A DNA stretch of 64,000 nt from Steroidobacteraceae bacterium. Lineage in GTDB: Bacteria > Pseudomonadota > Gammaproteobacteria > Steroidobacterales > Steroidobacteraceae. Positions 14,938-23,845 of the stretch are shown piece after piece (within the stretch, counting starts at the first letter, position 1; each line of letters begins with the position of its first letter). The notes beneath the pieces were generated by a model that saw only the letters and a list, made by a program, of their open reading frames with translations, had not been told where the DNA came from and ran no database searches. The stretch covers positions 2,578-66,577 of the forward strand of contig DASVCI010000051.1 of the NCBI GenBank assembly GCA_036381695.1. The letters run 5' to 3'. Both the position numbers and the translations under genes were made by a program.

Positions 14938-16934
14938 TGCCACACCGCATCGGGTTGACCTCGCGCAACGCACTCCTGAGCCGCAGCTCCCCGCACGAGA
15001 AACCATTCGACCCGATTGGCTGTTCCCAGCGCCGTCGCGACCGCGTCCTTGAAGCAAGTCTCGAGCGCTGATCGGGGAACGACGAGTTGCCGTCCGGGTG
15101 CGGCGACCAGCCATCGTGCGGCATCGGCCCTCTCCTGCTCCGCTTCACGCCAGCGTGCATGTCCGAAATGGACGATGGGTCGATGCAAGTGCAACAGGTA
15201 CTGCTCCTTGAATGCGATGAGCCCGAGCTCGCCCTGCGGGTCGGCTGCCTGCTCGATGCGAGCGACGAACTCAGCGCCCGAGCGCGCGGCATTCATCACC
15301 GGATTGATCCAGAAGCTCACGGTCAGAAGCGCGACGGTGAGCACACCGGCGAAAGCGGCAAATCCACGCCGAGGCTTCGCGATCGCGCACACGAGCGCAC
15401 TGGCTACTGCGATGACGGCGAGCGGCCCGATCGGATCGATGTCGTAAAGCGCGATGAGCTCTGTGCGCTCTTGCGGACGCACGAGGACATAGCCCAACGC
15501 CAGCGCACAAATGCCGCCGACGGTCGCTGCGAGCGCAAACATCACTCGCTGGGCTGCGGCCCGCTTCACGAGCTCTGGCAGATACGGAGCGCAGGCAAGT
15601 GCGAAGGCAGGGACGGCGGGAAGCACGTACACGCCCCGCTTTCCGCTGCTCAGGCTGAAGAAGAGAACCACCAGCGCGATCCAGCCGAGGAGCAGTGCGA
15701 TCCTGAGATCGTGTCGACGCAATGAGTCCCGCCACATCCTCACGAGCCAGGGCAGCAGGAAGGTGAGCGGCATCCACAGCCACGGGATCACTTGCACGAG
15801 GAAGTACCAGAACGGCTCGCGGTGATGCCAGGCGTTGGCGTATCGATCCACCGTCTGCTGGAACAGGATCTCGTCGCGATAGGCGGCGAGCGTCGGATTG
15901 CCGCGTGCCGCGAGCAGCATGGGGACGAGCCAGAGGCCGATGGCGAGGAGGAACGCGAGCGGGCCTGCGAGGGCTTTGAACAGTGCCCCCACCCTGTCCC
16001 TCCCCCGCAGAGCGGGGGAGGGGACGTAATTGGAAAGCACCGCCTCTCCGCTTCCCCGCTTCGCTGCCTCGTCTCCGCTTCGCCGCGACGCGGCCTCTTC
16101 TCCGCGTCCCCGCAACGCTGCCTCTTCTCCGCTCCCCCGCAACGCCGCCTCTTCTCCCTTCCCCCGCAACGCTGCCTCTTCTCCCCTCCCCCGCTCTGCT
16201 ACTTCTTCCCCCCTCCCCCGCAATGCGGGGGAGGGCGGGGTGGGGGCATTTGAATCACCAACAACGCCCGCACCCAAAACTGCCTGCGCCGACCAACCCC
16301 GAGCCCGAAGAAGCGCATGAGGAATCAGCACGAGCAAAGGAAGAAACCCCACGCCCTTGGTGATCACTCCAAGGCCGGCGGCAGCCCATCCGGTCACATA
16401 CCAGCGCCACGCGGGGCCGAGCAGCAGATGACGCAGCAGGCCGTACAGACCCAGCGTCGTCCAGAAGCACAACGTCGCATCGATCTGCGCCTGCCTCGCC
16501 TGCCACACGAACTGAATCGTGAACAGCAAGGCCAGCCCCGCAGCAAGACCGACCTCCCTGTTCCACAGCCGACGCGCGAGGTCGTACACGAGAAGCACAC
16601 AACCAAGCGCCGAGAGCGCGGAAGGAAGCAGGAAAGCGATCCTCATCGAGCCCGTAAGCTCGAGCCCGAGCGCGATCAACCAGAAGAAAACCGGGGGCTT
16701 GTCCGCGTACGGCTCGCCACCGACTCGAGGGAGCAGCCACTCGCCGCTCGCGACCATGTCTCTGGCGACGAGCGCAAAGCGGGGCTCGTCCGCCGGCCAG
16801 GGATCACGCAAGCCGATCCCCGTCGCGACCAGGACGAGAGTGAGACCAATGAGCCAGTACCAATCGATCCTGACGTCGGCGACGCCGGTTCGTCCGGCGC
16901 GAAACAGCTTCTCGACCGCTGAGGGCGTGTGCAT
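14892..16934 (-). CDS. ArnT/GT39-family (GT-C) glycosyltransferase with a ~90-aa repeat-derived insertion
   Basis: PADEPRFAL, YADKPPVFFW, AQID, TKGVGFLP, HHREPFWYF, SGKRGVYVLPAVPA; many TM helices. Confidence 0.88.
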   Translation of the reverse strand: MHTPSAVEKLFRAGRTGVADVRIDWYWLIGLTLVLVATGIGLRDPWPADEPRFALVARDMVASGEWLLPRVGGEPYADKPPVFFWLIALGLELTGSMRIAFLLPSALSALGCVLLVYDLARRLWNREVGLAAGLALLFTIQFVWQARQAQIDATLCFWTTLGLYGLLRHLLLGPAWRWYVTGWAAAGLGVITKGVGFLPLLVLIPHALLRARGWSAQAVLGAGVVGDSNAPTPPSPALRGRGEEVAERGRGEEAALRGKGEEAALRGSGEEAALRGRGEEAASRRSGDEAAKRGSGEAVLSNYVPSPALRGRDRVGALFKALAGPLAFLLAIGLWLVPMLLAARGNPTLAAYRDEILFQQTVDRYANAWHHREPFWYFLVQVIPWLWMPLTFLLPWLVRMWRDSLRRHDLRIALLLGWIALVVLFFSLSSGKRGVYVLPAVPAFALACAPYLPELVKRAAAQRVMFALAATVGGICALALGYVLVRPQERTELIALYDIDPIGPLAVIAVASALVCAIAKPRRGFAAFAGVLTVALLTVSFWINPVMNAARSGAEFVARIEQAADPQGELGLIAFKEQYLLHLHRPIVHFGHARWREAEQERADAARWLVAAPGRQLVVPRSALETCFKDAVATALGTANRVEWFLVRGAAAQECVARGQPDAVWHYTPPTSRPGTRARS
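15984..16248. repeat. Inverted pair of palindromic REP-like elements enclosing ~6 tandem 27-bp units, inside the GT39 CDS
   Basis: Left TGCCCCCACCCTGTCCCTCCCCCGCAGAGCGGGGGAGGGG; right copy inverted (~16208-16248); internal units resemble CCTCTTCTCCCTTCCCCCGCAACGCTG. Confidence 0.9.
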
Positions 16935-16979
16935 CGAGAGATTGTAAAAGAAGCCGTACTCGCTTTTCTCAGCCGAGCG

Positions 16980-18236
16980 TCAGGCCCGCAATCCGACGGC
17001 GACCAGGTTGGCGATCTCGATCGCGATGGCCTGACGGCGCTGAGGATCGGTCGGCACGTCGTCCTTCACGAGCCAGCTCAGCAGCCCGGGCAGCATCAGA
17101 GCACGGGCCTCGATATCGAGCTCCCGAATGCTGCCCTCGTGGATGCCCTGGCGAATCAGCCCGTGATAAGCCTCGCCGAGCGCGCGCGAGTTCGCATCGA
17201 ATCGAGCCTGCCCTTCGGGCGAGAGTGCACCGTACCCCACGAGCGGCGAGAGCGGGCTCAGCTCCTCGTTCGGATAGGCGAGCGCGAGCGCATGCATCGC
17301 GGCAGCGAGCGCTTCGAGACGCGAGCCCTGATATTCGAGCATCCGGTCCTTGATGAAGAAGAAGATCCCGAACGCGCGCTCGTAGCACGCCGACACCAGT
17401 TCCTGCTTGCTGCCGATATGGTGATGCAACGTGCGCTTGGTCGTGCCCACCTGCTGGGCAATCTCCTCGAGCGAGGTCGCATCGATCCCCTTTCTGTTGA
17501 ACAAGCGGGAGGCGACCCGGATCAGCGTCTCGCGCTTGGCGGCGAGCGCGGCGTCCCGATCGAACGCGCTGATGACCTTGGGCGAGAGCGTGCTCAGATC
17601 GAGCGGTCGGATCTCCGGCAGCCGTGTGCCGGTGGAAAACCCGTCGAACACCGTCGCCATGACGGCCGACAAAAGCCGCGTCGGGCCGAGCGGCCCGGCC
17701 GAGTGCGCCCATGGCCGCGCGAGCGGCGCCCAGGTCACGAGGCTCAGGAGAATCCGGGCGTTCACTTCGAAGTCACATTGACGAAATGCGCCTTCGCGCC
17801 AACCTCCTTCGAGCAAATCAGCGATCCGCGCGGCGAGCGCATCGTACAGACCCTGGATGGTGTCGCGCTGGATCGGACCCATCATCGCGATCTCGGCCCG
17901 CGCGGCAATCTCGGGCTCCGATGGGTCCAGCATGCGCTCGATGAACCTGCGCAGCACATCGGCCGCAGTCCCCGCACTGCGCGAGGCTTCGAGCAAGTGA
18001 CGAGCAGTCACCTCGGCCGCACGGCGATAGCACTGGTAGACGAGATCCTCCCGATCGGCGACGTAGTAATACATCGCCCCGCGCGTAAGCCCGAGCTTGG
18101 CGGCGATCTCGGCGAGTGAAGTGAGGAGCACGCCTTTCTCGTTGAGCTGCCGGGCGGCCTCATCGAGCAGGCGATCGCGTCGGTTGATGGCGGCGTTGCC
18201 GGCGGCCGGTCCCGCCTGCCTGGGCTTGAAGCTCAT
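16980..18236 (-). CDS. Tandem (double) TetR/AcrR-family regulator
   Basis: Two HTH modules: TSLAEIAAKLGLTRGAMYYYVADREDL and TSLEEIAQQVGTTKRTLHHHIGSKQEL. Confidence 0.85.
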   Translation of the reverse strand: MSFKPRQAGPAAGNAAINRRDRLLDEAARQLNEKGVLLTSLAEIAAKLGLTRGAMYYYVADREDLVYQCYRRAAEVTARHLLEASRSAGTAADVLRRFIERMLDPSEPEIAARAEIAMMGPIQRDTIQGLYDALAARIADLLEGGWREGAFRQCDFEVNARILLSLVTWAPLARPWAHSAGPLGPTRLLSAVMATVFDGFSTGTRLPEIRPLDLSTLSPKVISAFDRDAALAAKRETLIRVASRLFNRKGIDATSLEEIAQQVGTTKRTLHHHIGSKQELVSACYERAFGIFFFIKDRMLEYQGSRLEALAAAMHALALAYPNEELSPLSPLVGYGALSPEGQARFDANSRALGEAYHGLIRQGIHEGSIRELDIEARALMLPGLLSWLVKDDVPTDPQRRQAIAIEIANLVAVGLRA

Positions 18237-18404
18237 CGTTCGCGTGACTCGAAACGATCCTGGGTGGCGTCGGACGAAGCGCAGCCGCCTCCGGCCGCCC
18301 AAGTCCCCCTTCGCATGGTCTCGATGTCGAGCGTACCGCCCCGCCCGCCTCGACCCAAGTCCTGAATGTCATGTGGGGCAGCAGGAGTTGGCGGGAGCGG
18401 CGGC

Positions 18405-19358
18405 TCAGCGGGCCGCAGCTGCCCGGGCCGCAGTGCCGCGCCTTTCCTTGCACGCCGAAGCGGTCACTTCGCGAATGATCTGCGCGAACCGCCTCGTTCC
18501 CGGCCCGACGACGTCCGAATCGGCGAGGACGAGATAGAGATGCTCGATGCGCTCGCGGCCGCCGCGCAGCGGCAGCGGCTTGAGCGTGCCCTCGGCCAGC
18601 TCCGTTCGAATCTTGTCGACCGGCAGCCAGGCGAAACCGTGCCCGCGCGATGCCGCACCGATCGAAGTTGACATGTTCGTCACGACCCAGCGTCGCTCCG
18701 CATGGAGTGTGTTGGCCCGCTTGTCGCGCTGGCTGCTCGTGTCACGCACGAGCAAATGCCGATGCTTTCGCAAGTCCCGCATCGTCAGCTCGCGCCCGAG
18801 ACGATGCAGCGGGTGATCGGGATGCGCCACTGGGATGAATCGCACTTCCGCGAGCGGCTCGCCATTGAATCCAGGCGGCACGCGGGGAGTGATCGCCAAA
18901 TCGACGCTGCCGTTACGCAACGCCTCGGGCGCTCCGCCAAGCACGGTTTCGAACCACTCGATGCGCGTCTGCGGACTCTCGAGCCCGAAGCGGTGCAGGC
19001 ACTCGAACATGAGCCAAGTCGGATACAACGTCTCGACTGCGATCGCGATCTCGAGCTCCCATCCTGCCGAAGCACGACGAGCCGCGCGCTCGAGCGAGCT
19101 CGCCTCCTCGAGCAACACGCGAGCGCGCGCATAAAGCATCTGGCCTGTCGGCGTGAGCACGGCCTTGCGCCCTTGGATCTCGAACACTTTGACGCCGAGC
19201 GTGCGCTCGAGCTTTTGCACGGCGTACGTCACTGACGACTGGCTCTTGTGCAGGACCTCGGCCGCCTGCGCATAGCCACCCGCCTCGACCACGGTCGCAA
19301 GGCAACGCCATTGCTCGAGGCTGATTCGCGGCTGGGAGGGGGCAGAAGCAGCTTTCAT
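18405..19358 (-). CDS. LysR-family regulator
   Basis: GGYAQAAEVLHKSQSSVTYAVQKLE..LTPTG; divergent from azoR. Confidence 0.92.
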   Translation of the reverse strand: MKAASAPSQPRISLEQWRCLATVVEAGGYAQAAEVLHKSQSSVTYAVQKLERTLGVKVFEIQGRKAVLTPTGQMLYARARVLLEEASSLERAARRASAGWELEIAIAVETLYPTWLMFECLHRFGLESPQTRIEWFETVLGGAPEALRNGSVDLAITPRVPPGFNGEPLAEVRFIPVAHPDHPLHRLGRELTMRDLRKHRHLLVRDTSSQRDKRANTLHAERRWVVTNMSTSIGAASRGHGFAWLPVDKIRTELAEGTLKPLPLRGGRERIEHLYLVLADSDVVGPGTRRFAQIIREVTASACKERRGTAARAAAAR

Positions 19359-19359
19359 G

Positions 19360-19417
19360 ATCGGATTTCTCGATGAATTAACCCGAAATATTGTTCTTTT
19401 TTATCGGATTGCTCAAT
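19360..19417. promoter_or_regulatory. Two putative LysR boxes (T-N11-A)
   Basis: ATCGGATTTCTCGAT (19360-19374) and ATCGGATTGCTCAAT (19403-19417) in the AT-rich divergent promoter region. Confidence 0.55.
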
Positions 19418-19465
19418 CGTTTAATCACGGTCCTCCGAGTTTCCACCCTTTCAGAGGACCCGACC

Positions 19466-20077
19466 ATGAAAACTTTGCTCAAGATCCAGGCCAGCCTGTA
19501 TGGCGCCAATGGCGCCTCCTCACGCCTCGCCGAAGAGTTCGCAGCTCGCTGGCTCAAAAACCACGCCGATGGACGCGTCGTGACTCGAGACCTCTCGGTC
19601 TTGCCTGTTCCGCACCTGACGGCCGAGCGCTTCGCGGCTTTCAGGACCGCTCCCGAAGCTCGCACTCCGGAGCAGCGCGAGCTGGTCGCTTATTCGGACG
19701 CGTTGATCGAGGAGCTGCTCGCGGCCGATGAGATCGTCTTCGCCGTGCCGATGTACAACTTCAGCGTGCCTTCGACGCTGCGCGCGTATTTCGATCACAT
19801 CGCACGCGCCGGCGTCACTTTCCGCTATACCGAGAACGGTCCGGAGGGCCTGATCAAAGGCAAGAAGGCGTACGTCCTCGTCACGCGCGGCGGTATTTAT
19901 AACGGCGAAAGCGATACGCAGGGCCCTTACCTGCGACAATTCCTGAGCTTCCTCGGACTGACCAATTTGCAGTTCGTCTACGCGCAGGGCTTGGCGCTGC
20001 CTGACGGAGAAAAGGCCCTCGAGGACGCACGCCGTATCGTGGCTTCGATCGTCACGCCGCTTGCAGCAGTGGCTTGA
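19466..20077 (+). CDS. azoR: FMN-dependent NADH-azoreductase
   Basis: PMYNFSVPSTLRAYFDHIARAGVTFRYTENGPEGL, TRGG. Confidence 0.92.
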   Translation: MKTLLKIQASLYGANGASSRLAEEFAARWLKNHADGRVVTRDLSVLPVPHLTAERFAAFRTAPEARTPEQRELVAYSDALIEELLAADEIVFAVPMYNFSVPSTLRAYFDHIARAGVTFRYTENGPEGLIKGKKAYVLVTRGGIYNGESDTQGPYLRQFLSFLGLTNLQFVYAQGLALPDGEKALEDARRIVASIVTPLAAVA

Positions 20078-20085
20078 GGCAGACT

Positions 20086-21021
20086 TCAAAGCTCGCTCGA
20101 TCGCGCGGCTTCGGCCGCGCGTTGCGAGGTTTCCCGCTTCTCCCTTTCTACGCGCTCGTTCAATTTCTGCCGGGCGTTGGCCGCGTAATCGCGGCAGGCG
20201 CCCGCCTTGATGAGCGCATCCGGGTCGCCTGCTTCGCGCGCGGCCAGTTTCTCCCAAAGACCGGTGGCTTCAGGATGAGCAGTGATCAGGATGTCGCAAG
20301 GCAGGCTCTCGAACACCCCGAAGCTCTTCCGGAAATCCTCGAGCACGTGCGGATAAGTTTTGCTGTCGCTGAAACGGAAGTCGTCCTGCGAGACCGCGGT
20401 CAAGCTGTCGCCATACACGAGGTTGAGACAGCGCTTTCCCTCGCACGATTGCCACGACCACGACATCCCGCCCGGCGTATGTCCGGGCGTGTAGTGCCCC
20501 GTGATGGCGATCGGCCCGACACGCAACGTGTGCCCGTCCTGGATCACCTCGACATCCTTGATGGCAGGAAAACCTTCGCGCAACTCGGCTTGGGGGTCGC
20601 TCGCAATCGGCAGACCGTGCTCGAAGGCGAGTGCGGAGAGCGGGCTCGTGGCGAGCGATGCGCCGCTCAAACGCTTGAGCTCCGCCAGGCCGCCGGCATG
20701 ATCGAAATGCGTATGCGAATGGAGAAGGACCGTGACATCCTCGATCTTGAAACCGAGCTTCTCGATGTTGGCGGCGATCACCGGCGCCGATTGAGGCAGC
20801 CCGCCATCGATCAGAACGTGGCCTTCGGGCGAGGTGATGAGCACCGAGCTCAATCCTCGCGGACCCACATAATAAGTGTTGCCATAGATGCGGAACGGCT
20901 CCTGCGGAGCGTTCCATCGCTCGCACATGGGGCAGTCTGTCTTTCCAGCGCTGACGCTGAACGCAGCCAAGCCAACGACGAGCGCCGAAAAAACCGTCGC
21001 AGGAGCGATGCTGCGGCTCAT
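20086..21021 (-). CDS. Subclass B3 metallo-beta-lactamase
   Basis: Signal peptide; PFRIYGNTYYVG, SHTHFDHAGG, TPGHTPGG, TAHP; paired cysteines. Confidence 0.9.
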   Translation of the reverse strand: MSRSIAPATVFSALVVGLAAFSVSAGKTDCPMCERWNAPQEPFRIYGNTYYVGPRGLSSVLITSPEGHVLIDGGLPQSAPVIAANIEKLGFKIEDVTVLLHSHTHFDHAGGLAELKRLSGASLATSPLSALAFEHGLPIASDPQAELREGFPAIKDVEVIQDGHTLRVGPIAITGHYTPGHTPGGMSWSWQSCEGKRCLNLVYGDSLTAVSQDDFRFSDSKTYPHVLEDFRKSFGVFESLPCDILITAHPEATGLWEKLAAREAGDPDALIKAGACRDYAANARQKLNERVEREKRETSQRAAEAARSSEL

Positions 21022-21153
21022 GCATGAACCTCTCGTGAAACCGGTCGCAACAGTGTGGCCGCCGATTGTGCGGCGGCGCGGGCGGAAAGTGGCGAATTGT
21101 GGCGCCCGCGAGCGCGCCGCTCCTCGGGAGAGATCGCAACCACACGCGGCTGC

Positions 21154-22074
21154 TCAGGACAACGGCTCGGGCTTGGGCTCGGGCTCTTCCGGCAACGGGA
21201 TGAACTCGTCGCGATCATCGACGGGCAGCTCGATGCGGCCGGCGCGCCAGTCGGCCTTCGCCTGCTCGATGCGCTCGCGCCGTGAAGAGACGAAGTTCCA
21301 CCAGATGTGTCGCTCGCCCAGCGGTTGTCCGGCGAGCAGCATGACGGTCGAATCTTCGGGCGCCGCAAGCGACAGCGTCGCGCCAGGCGCGAACACCGGC
21401 ATTTTTCCGACCTCGTGCAGAGCGCCATCGATTGCAACGCTGCCTTTGGCGATGAATACGGCGCGCTCGCGGTGCTTGCAGGGAATCTCTATCCGCGCGC
21501 CTCGCGGGATTTCGAAATGCGCGTACGCGAGCGGTGAAAGTGTCTGAACAGGGCTGGTCAGACCCAGCACGGAGCCCGCGATGACGGTGAAGCGCACACC
21601 ATCGAGCTCGCCACGCGGCAACTGAGGCCCATCGAAATGCGCGAAAGAGGGCGCGGTCTCTTCGTGCTCGTCCGGAAGCGCCACCCAGGCCTGGATGCCG
21701 TGCAGAAAGCCGCCCCGCTCACGCATCGTCTCGAAGCGCTCGGAATGGCTGATGCCTCGACCGGCCGTCATCCAGTTCACCTCGCCAGGGCGAATGACCT
21801 GCGTGCAGCCGAGACTGTCCCTATGCACCATCTCGCCGGCGAAGAGATATGTGATGGTGGCGAGGCCGATATGCGGGTGCGGGCGGATATCCGCGCTCTT
21901 CGGCAGACCGGGCGAGAGGGTGACGGGCCCGATGTGATCGAAAAAGATGAAGGGCCCGACCATGCGGCGATTGCGCCACGGCAAGACGCGCCCCACTTCG
22001 AAGCCGCCAAGATCTCGTCGTCGCGCTTCGATCACGCTCTCGATGCTTGCCTCGCTTGCGCCGCCCTCGGTCAT
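21154..22074 (-). CDS. Pirin family protein
   Basis: GPFIFFDH, PHPHIGL, HRDSLG, WMTAGRGISHSE, WWNFV. Confidence 0.93.
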   Translation of the reverse strand: MTEGGASEASIESVIEARRRDLGGFEVGRVLPWRNRRMVGPFIFFDHIGPVTLSPGLPKSADIRPHPHIGLATITYLFAGEMVHRDSLGCTQVIRPGEVNWMTAGRGISHSERFETMRERGGFLHGIQAWVALPDEHEETAPSFAHFDGPQLPRGELDGVRFTVIAGSVLGLTSPVQTLSPLAYAHFEIPRGARIEIPCKHRERAVFIAKGSVAIDGALHEVGKMPVFAPGATLSLAAPEDSTVMLLAGQPLGERHIWWNFVSSRRERIEQAKADWRAGRIELPVDDRDEFIPLPEEPEPKPEPLS

Positions 22075-22281
22075 GAAGCTCTCCTTCCGAAGGTCACCCG
22101 ACCCTTTGTTGATGCTACGCGATCGTCGTCCCACTCGGGGCGCAAGCGCCGATCGCAGCGCCCGGACACCGGGACAACGCCCGAAAGGGGAGCGGGTTCG
22201 CCGCCGGACGCAAAAGAACGCGGCGGCTGTGCTCGAGTCCGCTCTATAATCGGCCGCTCGGCACAAAAAGGGAGAGGCTTC

Positions 22282-23169
22282 ATGCACCGCATCTCGACCC
22301 TCGCGCTCGTCCTGCTGCTCGCCGCCTGCTCGAAGGCCCCCGCCCCGGCCGAGCCGACCCCAGCCAACCCGGAGACGACCACGGCGCAAAGCGACCCGCT
22401 GGTCGAAAGCGTCAACGGGCCGTGGCGCAGCGAGAGTGACAAGGCGCGCGACCAATACCGCCATCCGATCGAGTCGTTGAAATTCTGGGGCCTCGAGCCC
22501 GGGATGACGATCCTCGAAGTGCAGCCGGGCGCGGGCTGGTGGACCGAGATCCTGGCGCCGTTCGCGCACGCGACCGGAGGGCGCTACTACGCGACCGCAG
22601 CAGATCTGGACAATCCCGATCTCTCCCCGGCCGCACGCAAGGCCCGCGAAGAGTTCGCAGCGCGCTTTGCCGCGAGGCCCGAGATTTACGGCCAGATCGA
22701 GCTCGTGAACTGGGGCGCCAAATCCAAGCCGCTTCCCGAGAACACGTTCGATTTCATCCTGACCGCGCGCAACGTGCACGGCTGGATGGCGAACAGCATC
22801 ACCGAGAAGGTGTTCAATGATTTGTACAGCGCGCTCAAACCCGGGGGCATCCTCGCGCTCGAGCAGCATCGCGCCAATCCGGGCGAGCAGGACCCGAAGG
22901 CTGCCTCGGGCTACGTGACCGAAGAATTCGTGATCGAACAGGCGCGCAAGGCCGGCTTCGAGCTGGTGGAGCGCTCTGAGATCAACGCCAATCCGCGCGA
23001 TACCAAGGATCATCCGTTCGGCGTGTGGACGCTGCCGCCGACCAAGCGCACGCGCCCCTACAGTGAAGGGCCGGATGCGCACGACCCGAACTTCGATCGC
23101 AGCAAGTACGACGCGATCGGCGAGTCGGACCGAATGACGCTCAAGTTCACAAAACCGGCGGCCACCTGA
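22282..23169 (+). CDS. Lipoprotein class I SAM-dependent methyltransferase-like protein
   Basis: LAAC lipobox; RDQYRHP.E.L.F.G..PGMTILEVQPGAGWWTEIL; LKPGG; GESDRMTLKF. Confidence 0.85.
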   Translation: MHRISTLALVLLLAACSKAPAPAEPTPANPETTTAQSDPLVESVNGPWRSESDKARDQYRHPIESLKFWGLEPGMTILEVQPGAGWWTEILAPFAHATGGRYYATAADLDNPDLSPAARKAREEFAARFAARPEIYGQIELVNWGAKSKPLPENTFDFILTARNVHGWMANSITEKVFNDLYSALKPGGILALEQHRANPGEQDPKAASGYVTEEFVIEQARKAGFELVERSEINANPRDTKDHPFGVWTLPPTKRTRPYSEGPDAHDPNFDRSKYDAIGESDRMTLKFTKPAAT

Positions 23170-23339
23170 GCCGGCGAGGGGCAGGTTTCGCGGCTCGTCC
23201 CCTCATAGCAGGTTAGAGGGCTTCTGATTCGGACGCACTGCTATGGCTCACGCTGCGCGACGCGTAGCGCCCCCCTCGCCGGAAGCAGTCGGCCGATCGA
23301 GGCCCTCTTCAGACAGGAGCTCGAGACGGAATCGACCAG

Positions 23340-23843
23340 ATGTCCTCATCGGGGCGCAGTCAACGCATCGCCGAGTGGGCCCGCAACTGGAACGCCGGGC
23401 TCACGCGCTTTTTGCGTCGGCGCCTGCCCGACAAGATCGATGCCGAGGACCTGGCGCAGGAGGTGTATATCCGCCTGCTGCGCGTCGAGAAGCTCGATTC
23501 CATCGATGAGCCGCAGGCGTATCTGTATCGCGTGGCGAGCAACGTCGCGAACGAATGGCGCATGCGGGCTTGCCACAGCAAGCCGCACGGCCCCGAGGAA
23601 CTCGACAACCTGGTGGCGGCCTCCACGCCCGAGTCGCTCCTCGATCAGAGCGAGTTCGCGCGCCAGCTCGACAAGGCGCTCAGAGCCTTGAGCCCGATGG
23701 TGCGCGCGGTGATCTACCTCAAGCTTCGCGACGGCATGTCGCACGAGGAGATCGCCAGGCACCTCGGCATCACGACGCGCATGGTGCGCCGCTGTCTGAC
23801 GACTGGCTACGCTCATCTGCGACGGACTCTGGTGCTCGATTGA
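23340..23843 (+). CDS. ECF sigma factor, FecI-like
   Basis: DAEDLAQEVYIRL, YLYRVASN, GMSHEEIARHLGIT; followed by FecR. Confidence 0.9.
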   Translation: MSSSGRSQRIAEWARNWNAGLTRFLRRRLPDKIDAEDLAQEVYIRLLRVEKLDSIDEPQAYLYRVASNVANEWRMRACHSKPHGPEELDNLVAASTPESLLDQSEFARQLDKALRALSPMVRAVIYLKLRDGMSHEEIARHLGITTRMVRRCLTTGYAHLRRTLVLD

Positions 23844-23845
23844 CC

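Noticed and set aside
22100-22260. Possible structured ncRNA (small hairpins such as CCC-GAAA-GGG)
   Set aside because: Short GC-rich stems are expected by chance and match no riboswitch I recognise; an Rfam scan would be needed
21637-23082. Extended overlapping ORFs (642 aa minus, 510 aa plus)
   Set aside because: The real genes are pirin (start 22074) and the methyltransferase (start 22282), each with an RBS; the extensions are shadows
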